DNA of 63,310 nt, filler included, from Octopus bimaculoides (Eukaryota), in NCBI RefSeq assembly GCF_001194135.2. It is 3 parts of 3 records of this genome, joined end to end, with 100 filler letters (N's around TTAATTAATTAA, not from the genome) between each part and the next. Parts side by side here need not be neighbours in the genome. Positions count along the whole stretch, not along the records: positions 1 to 31,381 come from NC_068996.1; positions 31,482 to 62,043 come from NC_068984.1; 1 more part is not named here. The stretch is one strand, 5' to 3'. The notes under the pieces are model-generated. The model did no database searches and had not been told where the DNA came from. It was given only the letters and a program-made list of their open reading frames with translations. Positions 25,505-37,111 of this stretch are shown piece by piece. The translations under genes and the position numbers were made by a program. Numbering within the stretch: position 1 is the stretch's first letter; the number at the start of each line of letters is the position of its first letter.

Positions 25505-27185
25505 GTCATCTGTCAAGCCACAACAAGGACCTCAGGCAAATAATGCTTTCCTTAAGGTGTGCGCTGTGCCCAATAAGGCTGCCTTTTGCAAGACATCAAT
25601 CTTACATGGGATTTCCAGTTGCCTTAAGAAGTCTTGAAGTTTCAATGGGATTGAGCCCAACGCTCCGATCACCACTAGTATCACTTTTACATTATCCTCT
25701 CGCATCCCATACAGTCATGTCATTTCCACTTTCAATTCGGAGTACTTGGTGATTTTTTTTCAGCCTCTTTATTCACAACACTCATGTCATTTGGTATGGC
25801 TACATCAATGATCTGACAGTATTTGTTTCTCTTGTTCAATATGACAATATCCGGTTGCCGGTGTTCGATTACACGATCCGTCTGAAAGTCATGGTCCCAG
25901 AGTATCGTCACTTTTCTATCCTCCTGCATAACTTTACTTGGTACATGCTCATACCAGTTCTCTGTTACTTCATATTAATATTTACGACATAAGAGCCCAT
26001 GAAGATACACACACATTTTATCGTGACGGCGCTTCTATTCTTTTTGTGCAAGGCTCTCACATTCACCTATCAAGTGGGTCACATGTTCCACACTCTTTCC
26101 ACAGAGTCTGAATTTCTGGGTTTATCAAATACTCGGCAAGCGTTCTCCTTTCACTCCTTATACAATGGTCTATACTAATTAGTCCTCTGTCACCATTCTT
26201 TCTTTTCATATAGTGTGTTTACGTTTGCTTTAGAGTGTAGCGCCCCATTCAGTGTCATCAACTTTCTCGTCCTTCTATCCAGTGTTGATAATTCCTCCTT
26301 AGTCCATTTGAGGATAGATGCACTATATCTGCCGATATTCATTGTGGTAATCAAACTTTTGGCATTCAGGTTGGATTTCAAAACCATCTTCACCCTTTTT
26401 TATTCGCCTCACTGACCTTGACTTTCATTCCTCTGTGTAGACTGTCATCCAGCTCCAAATTCCCTAAATATCTATATCTACTACCGTCGGATTCCTCTGC
26501 AGGCTGCTTTCTTCCCTCTTTTCATATTAAGTACTGAGCATTTAGTAATTCCAAATTCCATACCGATGTTCCTATCACACGCCTGGGCTGTTTTGGTTAA
26601 GGAATTTACCTGTTTTTCAGATTTCTCAAACAATTTCAAGTCATCCATAAACAGAAGTTGGTTGAACGATGGAACTTTTTTCCCACATCGGTAATCAATC
26701 ATAACTTTCCTGAGTGTCATTGTTATGGGTATTATTGAAATTACAAATAGTAACGGAGAAAACGAGTCACCTTGGAAGATTCTCCTTTTAACGTTAACTT
26801 CTCCAAAGAATACATCACTTGAGTACAATTTGGTTTTTCACTTTTTCATGCTATAACATCAGACAATTTGTGATACTGTCAGCAACACCAAACATCTGCA
26901 GGTTTTCAACAATCCAAGAATGAGATATCTTATCATATGCCTTCTTAAAGTCAATCCAAACCATAGACATATTTATATGACGTTTTTTACAATGCCTCAA
27001 AATTGTTTTATCGATGTCCAGGTGATCCTTGGTACCCTGAGAAATCTTCGTAAATCATTTTTGTTCTTTGGTAATATTTCTTCCTGCGCCAGGAAAGTGT
27101 ATGTCTTTGCCGCACATATTTCAGTGAGTATTTTCCAGATTATGCTTGCTATTGGACGGTAGTGTCCCATAATATTCCCCTTTCT
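25505..27185 (-). mobile_element. R4/Dong-like retrotransposon (RT to RLE and 3' UTR), degenerate
   Basis: IFQGDSFSPLLF...LLFMDDLKL (26481-26828); ILWDHDFQTDRVIEHRQPDIVILNK...IDVAIP (25732-25929). Confidence 0.82.
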
Positions 27186-27188
27186 TCT

Positions 27189-27703
27189 GTATATATTCCG
27201 AAAACGTGAAAGCCATTGTGGTCGACAAAGACACATACAAGAGACTGAAAGACATGTGCGGAGACGGGATTGACCCGCCCGGAGTGTTGGTGGAATTCGA
27301 ACACCTGCCACCAGTAGTTGAACTAAAAGACTTGGAGCATTTCATGAAGTATTAAAAAGAAAAAAAAAGTAAAATTGTTTTGTTGAAAAAGGAAAAAAAG
27401 GAAAAACAAAGGAAAAAAGGAACAAAAAAGAGAAAAAAATTAAAAGTGTTTCATGACAAAAAAAAAGAGAGAGAGAAAAAGATGATTAAGAAAAAAAACA
27501 ATGCAAAAATTGAACGATTGTAAATAGTGTATATAAACGTTCAAATGGTACAGCATGGGAATAGGGCCCATGCAGCCATTTCATTTCTTCATTTTATATA
27601 ACATCTCATTCTCATTCGTTTTATGTTTTTGTCCCCATTGTGGTGTTGTGTCTGTCCTTGTAGTATCCCCTCTGTGTTGTAGCCGTAGTACCAAATAAAG
27701 AAA
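27189..27703 (+). mobile_element. ORF1-only retroelement, unit A (5'-truncated copy)
   Basis: Aligns closely with 29046-29561 over the ORF1 C-terminus, A-rich 3' UTR, hairpin and AATAAAGAAA end. Confidence 0.8.
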
Positions 27704-29561
27704 TGGTAGTTGAGTAGAGGTTTTTGAGTTGTTAATAACGGAGTGTTTTTGTCAAGTCAGAGCGTTAAATATTTGTTTGTTAATTATTACTGTTCGAATT
27801 GTTGGAATTATTGTTTTATTTTTTTCTCTTCTCATTGGGGGAAAATGGTGAACGCCAGTGGGTGGCCACAGTTATGCGGCCGCAAATGGAAAATGAATAG
27901 AAGAGGAAACGTTAGAAATAATTGAAATTAAGGTAGAACCAAAGAAAATGAAGGAATATGAGAGGTTGCTGGAGAAAGTTGAAGATACGTTGAAGTTAAC
28001 GCCACCTGCAGAACTGACAAGCAATGTAACAAAAAGAACAGTTGTATTCAAGACAATGAAAATTGCAACGAGAAGGATAGAGATTGCAACAGTGGAGGAA
28101 ATTGAAGAATGTTTAAAAAGCATAAAAATCTAACAACATTTATAACAAGACGAAGGAAGTATGCCACCGTGGAGGTGCGCTTTGCGACAGATGAAGAAGC
28201 AATTAAACACTCCACGGAGGCAATAGTATCGGAGGAGTGGGTGCTTTTGCCTTCATACTGTGGCAAAGTACTTTTGCCTTCATATGAGTAGGCAAAGTAC
28301 CCACAGAACTAAAAGAAACGTGGTTGCTGGCAGCCATAATGTTCAACATGAAGGATGAGGCCAAAATATTGGAGGCCACAAGGACACAAAGAATTGATTA
28401 CTGGGGATACGGAATTGAGCTCACTATCCAGGCAACAATAGAAGACTAAATCGAATTGTTGTGGAGATAGTGCTGCCCGGTGACTTGAGATTGAGAGTGG
28501 AGGGCAGGCCGACTATATGTTTTGCATGTGGGGAGAAAGGCCACATGAAGGCGAGGTGCCCACAGAGAAAACAGACGGAGAAGCGGGAGAGTGCGAACCG
28601 GGTAGTACAGGAGGAGATGGAAGAAGAAACAGCGGAGGAGAGATTCGCGGAGGTGGAAAGAAAAAGAAGTGAAAGAGCGAGTCCGCCGCCAGAGAACCAG
28701 AAAAAGAAGAAAGAAGAGGTGGGAATGAAAGCTGCGACCAGAAGGAGGCAGAAAAAAGGGTGGTGGAGAAAGAAAGTGAAAAGTAATTGGAAAAGTGTGC
28801 GAGGAGTTACAGTGTTAAAGAAGCCGGTTGTCCCAGCGAAGGAAAAAGATTGAGGAGTGCAATTTACGAGGGTGAAATGGAGAGATTGTTCAGAGTTGAA
28901 AAGGGAAAGGTACCAGAAGTGGAAGAAGAAAAGAGAAAACCAAGAGGAAAAAATAAATGGAATTTCGTAACATATGCAAAAAGCAAACAGACGGAAAGAA
29001 AAAGTTTAAAATTCAAGTATATCATAAGAGTGAGATTACCCACGGGTATATATTCCGAAAACGGAAAAGCTATTGTGGTCGACAAAGACACATATAAGAG
29101 ACTGAAAGACATGTGCGGAGACGAGATTGACCCGCCTGGAGTGTCAGTGAAGTTCGAACACCTGCAACCAGTAGTTGAGCTAAAAGACTTGGAGCCTTTT
29201 GATGAGGTATCAAAAAGAAAAAAAACGTAAGTAAAATTGTTTTGTTGAAAAAAAAAGGAAAAACAAAGAAGAAACTAAAAAGGAACAAAAAAGAGAAAAA
29301 TGTAAGTGTTTTATGGAAAAAAAGAGAGAGAGAAAAAGACTATTAAGAAAAAACAATGCAAAAATTGAACTATTATAATTGAGTTATTTAAACGTTCAAA
29401 TGGTACTGCATGGGAATGGGGCCCATGCAACCATTTCATTTCTTCATTTTTATATAACATCTCATTCTCATTCGTTTTATGTTTTTTGTCCTCATTGTGG
29501 TGTTGTGTCTGTCGTTGTAGTGTCCCCCTCTGTGTTGTGGCCGTAGTGCCAAATAAAGAAA
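27704..29561 (+). mobile_element. ORF1-only retroelement, unit B (apparently full length, ~1.86 kb)
   Basis: Starts TGGTAGT. The frameshifted L1/Tx1-like ORF1 reads SYAAA ... RRM-like segment ... LRLRVEGRPTICFACGEKGHMKARCP ... K/E-rich region ... C-terminal domain. No APE or RT motifs occur before the AATAAAGAAA end. Confidence 0.75.
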
Positions 29562-31298
29562 TGGTAGTAGAGTAGAGTTCTCCGAGCGCTGAGTTGTGAA
29601 AATTGATTTTGAAACTGTTATTGAAATTGTTAATATGTCGTTGGATTCGTTGATTGAACTATTGTTGAATTTATTTTTCCTACCCACTNNNNNNNNNNNN
29701 NNNNNNNNNNNNNNNNNNNNNNNNNNNNNNNNNNNNNNNNNNNNNNNNNNNNNNNNNNNNNNNNNNNNNNNNNNNNNNNNNNNNNNNNNNNNNNNNNNNN
29801 NNNNNNNNNNNNNNNNNNNNNNNNNNNNNNNNNNNNNNNNNNNNNNNNNNNNNNNNNNNNNNNNNNNNNNNNNNNNNNNNNNNNNNNNNNNNNNNNNNNN
29901 NNNNNNNNNNNNNNNNNNNNNNNNNNNNNNNNNNNNNNNNNNNNNNNNNNNNNNNNNNNNNNNNNNNNNNNNNNNNNNNNNNNNNNNNNNNNNNNNNNNN
30001 NNNNNNNNNNNNNNNNNNNNNNNNNNNNNNNNNNNNNNNNNNNNNNNNNNNNNNNNNNNNNNNNNNNNNNNNNNNNNNNNNNNNNNNNNNNNNNNNNNNN
30101 NNNNNNNNNNNNNNNNNNNNNNNNNNNNNNNNNNNNNNNNNNNNNNNNNNCCTGCTGCGGAAGAGTTAGGATAGGGAGAGTTAGGATAGGGAGAGTGCCC
30201 CCGGAGATTGATGAAGCATGGCTGGTGGCAGCCATCATCTACAACTGCGAGGAGGAGGTAGACATAATAAAGGTGGATAAGTCGAAGGAGATCAACTGGT
30301 GGGGTTATGGTCTCGAAGCTTTGATACACATAACCCTGCCAGATCTAGATAAGTTGGCGGAAGAGTTGGTGCTCCCCGATGAGACCCGACTGAGAGTCGT
30401 GGTGGAGGGGAGACCGCCAATATGCTACAGCTGCAGAAGTAGGAGACACATGCAAGCAAGGTGTCCCCAGAAACAAGAGCATTTGGAGGTAGTAGAAGCA
30501 GTGGTGGTAGAAGCGGAGAAGGAAAAGGAGGAGGAAGCTGCGACAGACAGGAAAAGAACGAGAGCGGAGTCTCCGCCAAAGAAAAGAAAAGCGGAGACAA
30601 AGAAACAAGTTACAATGGAAAAAGAGAGTATGGAGATACGAACGCAGGAACCAGAGCCAACAACAAGCAGGGAGAAAAAAACTGAAGAACAAAGAGCGAG
30701 AGAGAGGAAGTTTAATGAGTGGAGGAAGGAAAATAAAGAGGAGAATGGGTTATGTAGCAAAAACATGGCAGAGTACAGGAAGATATATAAGAATAATGAT
30801 AAGATATCATAAGGATATAGAAGTTGAAAAGAGACTAACTAAAACGAAAAACATAATGAGAGTTAAACTAAATTACGATATGTTCAAACCAGAGGAAAGA
30901 GCGGTACTAGTGGAGGAAGAAAGAAAAGACAGGTTGAGGGAAATATTTGGAGCAAAGATAAGACCTACCGAAATATATGTAAAATACGAGAGTTTACCAA
31001 ACGTGTTGAAAGTGGAGAAAATAATAGAATATACTACCTGTTTTTCCCGGTTTCACTCGGGCAGTGTGGTGGATTTGGTTAAAGGCTATTTCCTATGTAT
31101 ATTTTGAATAATAAAAAGAACTAAAAATTAAAAAAACAAAAATTCCCAAAACAAAAAAGTAAGAACAACCCAAAAACAATACGATGCTAAGGATTTTGCG
31201 GGTCGATATTGTAAAACTAACTTCACGTGTGTACCCATAGCCCCATGTAGTCACGGAACCTTATTTGTGGTATAACCTTGCCTTAAAAGAAAAATATA
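29562..31298 (+). mobile_element. ORF1-only retroelement, unit C (diverged subfamily, partly in N-gap)
   Basis: Starts TGGTAGT. ORF 30195-30812 contains LRVVVEGRPPICYSCRSRRHMQARCP and ORF 30715-31107 has a C-terminal domain homologous to unit B. The A-rich end is followed by another TGGTAGT at 31299. Confidence 0.7.
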
Positions 31299-31381
31299 TG
31301 GTAGTGCGGTTGTTGTATTGGCGACACAAGAATGTTAATCGAAACTGTTCAAGATCAATCATAGGTTGGACGTTCATGTAC

Positions 31382-31481
31382 NNNNNNNNNNNNNNNNNNN
31401 NNNNNNNNNNNNNNNNNNNNNNNNNTTAATTAATTAANNNNNNNNNNNNNNNNNNNNNNNNNNNNNNNNNNNNNNNNNNNN
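31382..31481. other. Assembly scaffold joint (44 N + TTAATTAATTAA + 44 N)
   Basis: Identical 100-bp construct at 62044-62143; the 12-mer places stop codons in all six frames. Confidence 0.9.
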
Positions 31482-32099
31482 ATATAGATTAATAAATTCA
31501 AAAAGGGATAAAACTCTTTTACAAGAATTTTGTAAAAAAAATCATAAGGGAAATTTCTATTCCCAAGAATATAATTATACGTTTATATTTATATAAGGGG
31601 CATTACTACAGAATAATAATACCACACATTGGACTTCTCAAAATAAACACATTTTTTTAGTACCGAATGCGAGGAAACACAACCAACAGAAGAAAACCCC
31701 CCCTTTCTTTTAAATAACTCAACTATGTATCGACTGATTTCGCGATTACTAGAATGAATCTAGACTCCGCTCATCAGCATAGTATTGTTTATGAAAAACA
31801 TACAAATAAACAGAATTCTCACCTTACCAAAAATGAACACTCTCCGTAAAGCAAAGGGAATGAAGTTTATCTGTATAAATCTTCAGCAAAGAAGTGGGAA
31901 ATACAACTGGGTTGTCTTGGCACATGTGTTGAGACAGGAATAAAACAATTCCGCATTGAATATATTCCGTGTATATATTTGATTAATCGGGAAGAGATAG
32001 CCACTAAGAACAGCAATGGCCCCAAAACTACTCTGTGAGTCCACTCACTATTAATGTTTCCAGGGCAATGAACCCATTGGCTACTACTGCTTGACCTCT

Positions 32100-34740
32100 G
32101 TATTTTTAAAAGTCATATAGCTACTCCTCCAGTTTTCCAACTATGCTGAGATCATGCAGTTTGTGACATATTCTTTATCAAAGGCCTTCATAAAACCAAA
32201 ATAATCAGAGCCACAATTAAATGGTTGCACAACTGTTTTAACATCAAGTCTTCATGTTGTAGGAGTTGTGTCAGACACCTTTTTCCTGGTCAACAAACAT
32301 GTTGGATGCTACTTAGTAGCTAGTAGCTGAGTGTAGGCTTATTTCATCAACAGCCATCTTAGTAATTGACTGTACAGTTGTAGTAACAAAGAACACAACT
32401 GGTTTACTCATTTGCATGTGGGGAGGTGGAAACACTTTTGAATTGCTTGTTTAGTATTTCATTTATACTTTTGGAGTCTATGATTAGGGAGTCATTTTCT
32501 TGGAAGTGTGGCCCTACCTTGCAATGCAATGAGGCCAATCTTTAGCAAATTTAAAGAAAGCTTTAGGATTTATTATTATATTTTCTATAATCCTAGCTTC
32601 TTCAATGGAGTATTGCACATCTTTCTCTCTGGGAAATTTGTTATTATGCAGGTTAGCTTTTCTCTGTAGGACAAAATATATACACATGGTTTGCGTTACT
32701 GACATGAATTAAGTTTCATGTTGATATTAGATGTGGAGAAACATTTTTGAAAATTCTATCTAAGAATCTCTTTCTGTATTGATTTTCAGTTTGCTTTGTA
32801 CAAGCTCAGACTAGAATCTAGGTACTTCTTATAGCCTGCATGTCTGCAGCTTCCTTTGGCCCATACATTGTCAGCTCTACTATACTGTGATCCAAGACTA
32901 ATGTTGGTATCACTTTTACATTGTGAATGATTTTCATATTAGTTGTGAAGCAGAGACACAGAATATTGTTTACTCTGGTTAGGTGGCATAGCACTAGCTC
33001 CATATATAACAGGGTGACCTTGAGCAGGATTTCTGCTTGTTTTTGCTCACATCATCATTCCTGAGTGGTCATTAGATTATTTAATATTGAGTAGGTTGAT
33101 GCTTCCTATAAGATGTACAGTTTGGTTAGTACTTCTATTTCTGTGAGGCAGTTTTCAAATCTCTTCATATAATTTGGAACATTTGGTGGGCGACATGTAG
33201 TACATAAGTGAAGGAGTGTGGCTTAGTGGTGAGGGTATTTAGCTTATGGCTGTAAGGTCATGAGTACAATTTCTGGCAGCATGTCGTGTCCTTGAGCAAG
33301 ACACTTTATTTTCACATTGCTCCAGTACACTCAGCAGGCAAAAGTGATTTGTATCTGTAAATGAAAGGGTCAACTTTACTACATTATGTGTCATGCTGAA
33401 TCTCCCTGAGAACTATGTTAAATATCAAGAGCAGGCTGTTCTATTGATCGGATCAATTGGAACCCTCATCATGCCTGTAGTATGTAGTATATACAACTAT
33501 TTTGATTTGTCTTACATGTACTATTAGTGTGTCACATACTAAATTTGAATATAAAAGCAGGACCAGAGTTATGAGATCTTCACAGCTCCACCATGACTCC
33601 ATTCTTTCCTGTTAGTTTGTAATACAACATATTTTGGTATGTGTATTTCTCTGTCAGCTGTCAGATATGTTTCAGTGAGTGCCATGCATACAGCTTGATT
33701 GCATGTAATAAGCTTCTGACATTTAATAAAATTAGTATTATATGTAAATATAATGTGTCAGTGAAAGGACAATATTTGTGGTAGCCTTGTGTGTTGGTAG
33801 GCATGGCTCTGACTTTGAATCTGATGTAGCTTAATCTGTTAGCTGCCACACAATGTTTTGTGCTATGCTCCTGAAACATTTTTATTGTTCAGCTGTTGCC
33901 TTTTTCACTACATCTGAGTTAAATTGGTTCTTCATAGTTCTGCACACTAGAGCTGTGTATTTTAAAAAAAATATACACAGTGCCATGTGTACTTTGATGA
34001 CTATTTTTCTCATATTACCTGCAAGAGGAAGTTGTTGCTTTGTCAAGTATACTGTGACAAGGCTCAGGCGCACAAAACAACAGTTTCCACTATCTTCTCC
34101 ATGCCAGTTATCTTGCAGATAAAATTTATGGATTATCTGTATGCATTTCTTTTTGCTTCTTCCACTTTATTATATGTCAACATTGTTAGAGATCTTTCTT
34201 TCCCCTGCTTTTGTTTTTATTTTGGGGTTATGGCTAGTGTTTCTTAGTTTAGCATGTTTCTGCTCCTGGTAGTTCTTTATGATGTTTGTGAGAGCTTTAG
34301 CTACTTTTTTTAGTCCTCTTGATTCTGTAGCTGTCTTCATTGATGGCTACAGATTTGGTAGTACTGGTATGCCTTCTTTGTTGAGCTTTTCACTTGTGAC
34401 TTCAGCTTGGTTCTTTCTGGGCTTTGCCGAATTAGGGGGACATTTGCTATTCATGTTTATGTTTCTGCCCTCATCTTCTTTCTCTGTCATTTTTAAGGAT
34501 ACCATCTGGCATGTTCACATACAATCTGACAAATGCATTAGAGAAGAATTTGTTTTTCCTTTGTTCCATTTGTGCTGTAGATCTGACAGATCTGTTGCTC
34601 TTCAAGGTTGTTGCAAGGATCCATGCCAATATAAATATTTGCACTTTCACATTTTTCCAGTTTCATGATAACTGAGTTGTTTGTCGTAATCTCTTCACTG
34701 ATGGAATTTATGCATGCCTGCATAGCATTAATAATGGAGA
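32100..34740 (-). mobile_element. CR1-group LINE remnant (ORF1-like region, APE C-terminus, linker), highly degenerate
   Basis: LTRVNNILCLCFT...LDHSIVEL (32818-33003, APE end, PTR..NILDL...SDH-like); IENIIINPKAFFKFAK (32514-32705, CR1 linker). Confidence 0.55.
33210..33470 (+). mobile_element. tRNA-derived SINE
   Basis: A-box TGGCTTAGTGG (33219-33229), degenerate B-box, and the core GTGTCCTTGAGCAAGACACTTT typical of metazoan tRNA SINEs. Confidence 0.7.
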
Positions 34741-34889
34741 GAGAGAGAGAGAGAGAGTAGGGTGAGACAGAGGAGAATGAGTAATGGGAGAAGAGTGGAG
34801 AGCCCCAAGTCTCTGTCACCATTATGTTGTAGGACATGAGCAAATCTCTTCTTTTCTGCTTCTGCCCTATCAAGATAAACCTGATGTCT

Positions 34890-35960
34890 CACTTCCTTTC
34901 AGCTTTCTGATATAATTCTTTACTATCCCACCCCCACAACTTTTCCAGTCTTTTCAGACCCACCTCTTCTCTTTTATGACCTTGTCAACATCACTGTTTC
35001 ACCACCATGTCACCCTAGGTCTAGCAGAGGCTTTGCTCTAACCACAGATTTGGTCTGTCGCCCTCAGTAGATTGTCACATAGGAACTTCCAATTGTCCTC
35101 TATGTTGCATGTTTCTATCTCTTCTTCCTTCTCATCAAAGACTTCATTAAGAACATCTTTAAATCTTAGTCCATTTGAAAGATTCTTGAACTTCCACAAC
35201 CTCTTTTTCCATATCAGCTTGCATCTCTGAATTCTTCTGACCCTAAGCCTGAAGTCACTAACCACTAGCCTATGCTGAGTTGTACATTCTTCACACAGGA
35301 AAGATTTTGCATTTATGAGCATACATCTGTCCTTATGTCTGGTGAGAATGTAGTCAATCTGGCTAGTGTTCCCACCAGATTAATAAATGATCAGATGGTT
35401 GGCAGGTTTCCTGAAGTTGATATTGCAGATCAGTAAACCATGGGCATCACAAAACTCCAGCAGCCTTGTTCTCTCCTCATATCTAGAGCCAAAGCCATAG
35501 CTTCCATGCATACCCTGAAATCCATCGGGATGTCTTCCAATATGTCCATTGAAGCTGCTTGCCATGATGAGAATATTATATTTTTTTTCGTCGCTGAGGG
35601 AGTTCTCAGAAGGGATTCATAGAAGTGGTCCTTCTGGGTATCTGCGAGACTGGCATGCAGAGATAACTGACACTGTTACATCAAACATGGATGTTCTTAA
35701 TTTAATAATCCTATCACGTACTCTGACAACTTCAGTCACCTTATCCACCCATTTCTCTGTTAGGCCGTCATTGCTGCCCACCTAGAAAAACTTGTATCTA
35801 TGTCTCTTGCATGTAAGCAGTCTAGTTGAGGCTCCCCTCCATCATACATCTTGCACACAGCATACATCAACATGCCTCCATTCAAGCATTTCAGTTATCT
35901 TTCCAAACCTGCCTTTCATTGTGTCAACACTGATTGTCGATCACAGATCTACAACATATG
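34890..35960 (-). mobile_element. RTE-clade LINE APE endonuclease fragment
   Basis: RHVDVCCVQ; FNGHIG...GFGSRYEERTRLLEFC...NINFRKPANHLIIY; QIDYIL; QHRLVVSDF. Confidence 0.8.
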
Positions 35961-36246
35961 CTATTCAGACTGGTCACAGCCAACTACTGGTGGCAAGTAG
36001 AAAATATATTTACATTCTGTATATTTTAAGGACTATAATAATCTGTTTTAATTATTCTATATTGCATATTTTCTATACTGACTGAATGCATAATATTTTT
36101 TTTTTTTACATAGACTAAATCTGTATTTTCTGTACCTAAAGCAGCTTTAATTATAAAGTGCTTCACACCTTTCTGATACACACCAGCTACAATACTGATC
36201 ATGTAATCACAGAATCAATGAAATTTTATAGAAAGATCCAACATAC

Positions 36247-36316
36247 CTGTCAAAGCTATCAGTTATGGAACAATCATTATCTTGGGTGTTGCTTTTCTCA
36301 GAAACATGATTTTTAT
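36247..36316 (-). CDS. Host gene candidate exon (70 bp, phase 1 to 2): D-KNHVSEKSNTQDNDCSITDSFD-S/R
   Basis: Strong acceptor tctctgttttctctctcaatag| and donor CAG|gtatgt. Only the phase-1 frame is open, which matches the phase-1 exit of exon 40663-41671. Confidence 0.55.
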
Positions 36317-37111
36317 CTATTGAGAGAGAAACAGAGAGATATATGGAAAACTGTCATCTTCAATAATGTTACAAGGCAGTGTGCTTGTAATGCTAAGGTG
36401 CTGGAGTTCTGATCACTTACTTATGCTGACAGAAAATTTTGTTTTCCCTCACTGCCTATTCTACTGATACAACAGGTGGCAGTGGAGAAGCCTATACAGA
36501 GTGGATTAACATGGTAAAAATAGCAGCCAAATTCCTTAAAACTATATATCTTTATGCATTAAAAACGAAGAGCTCATTGGACAATGTAATCCTTGATACA
36601 CAAAAAGATAAAAATTGGTTTAAGATGGAATACCTTTGACCATAGACTTGCTCAATCAAGGCTTACCTGGGGCTCCCGACAACAGAAGCCAATGATGAGA
36701 GAGCTTTTAACTTTTAACAGCAAAATCTCCCTCACCATTTCAAAAAAGGAAGGGCATTCTTTATATGAAGTCCTATATATACTATGAATAAATCATGGAT
36801 GATCACAACTTTTGGCTACATATCTGAGGAATCAGGGCTGTCCTGCAACTAAAGAACAACATCCACATTTGATCTACAGAACTAGCAAGCTTCAAAGCCA
36901 CCTTGCCATAACTTTCTCTCCTCCTCTCACTACCCATACTGTGGCCATCCACTGTCAAACACTACATTAAATCCTCAACTAAACCCCAGTACAGAAATTT
37001 GTCAAACGTTCCTCCTTAACATCTGATTATCAGCCACATCAATGTTATATGGCCAGTGTTCCTCACAGTGGCAATACTGGCCTGCTGGTAATTACAATTT
37101 TTTTACGTCTT

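Noticed and set aside
27189-29561. 515-bp direct repeats interpreted as LTRs
   Set aside because: There are no TG...CA ends, PBS or PPT. The repeat includes coding sequence and ends in a poly(A)-signal-like tail, which fits a 5'-truncated extra unit better.
14522-30329. Long ORFs spanning N-runs (14522-15161, 18814-19538, 29436-30329)
   Set aside because: They are open only because N codons are not stops.
31426-31437. TTAATTAATTAA palindrome (also 62088-62099) as a piggyBac or regulatory site
   Set aside because: It is centred in identical 44N-12-44N blocks, so it is an artificial scaffold-joint marker.
31830-31900. Further host exon after 36247
   Set aside because: Candidate acceptors give in-frame stops in the required phase 2, so it cannot be supported without transcripts.
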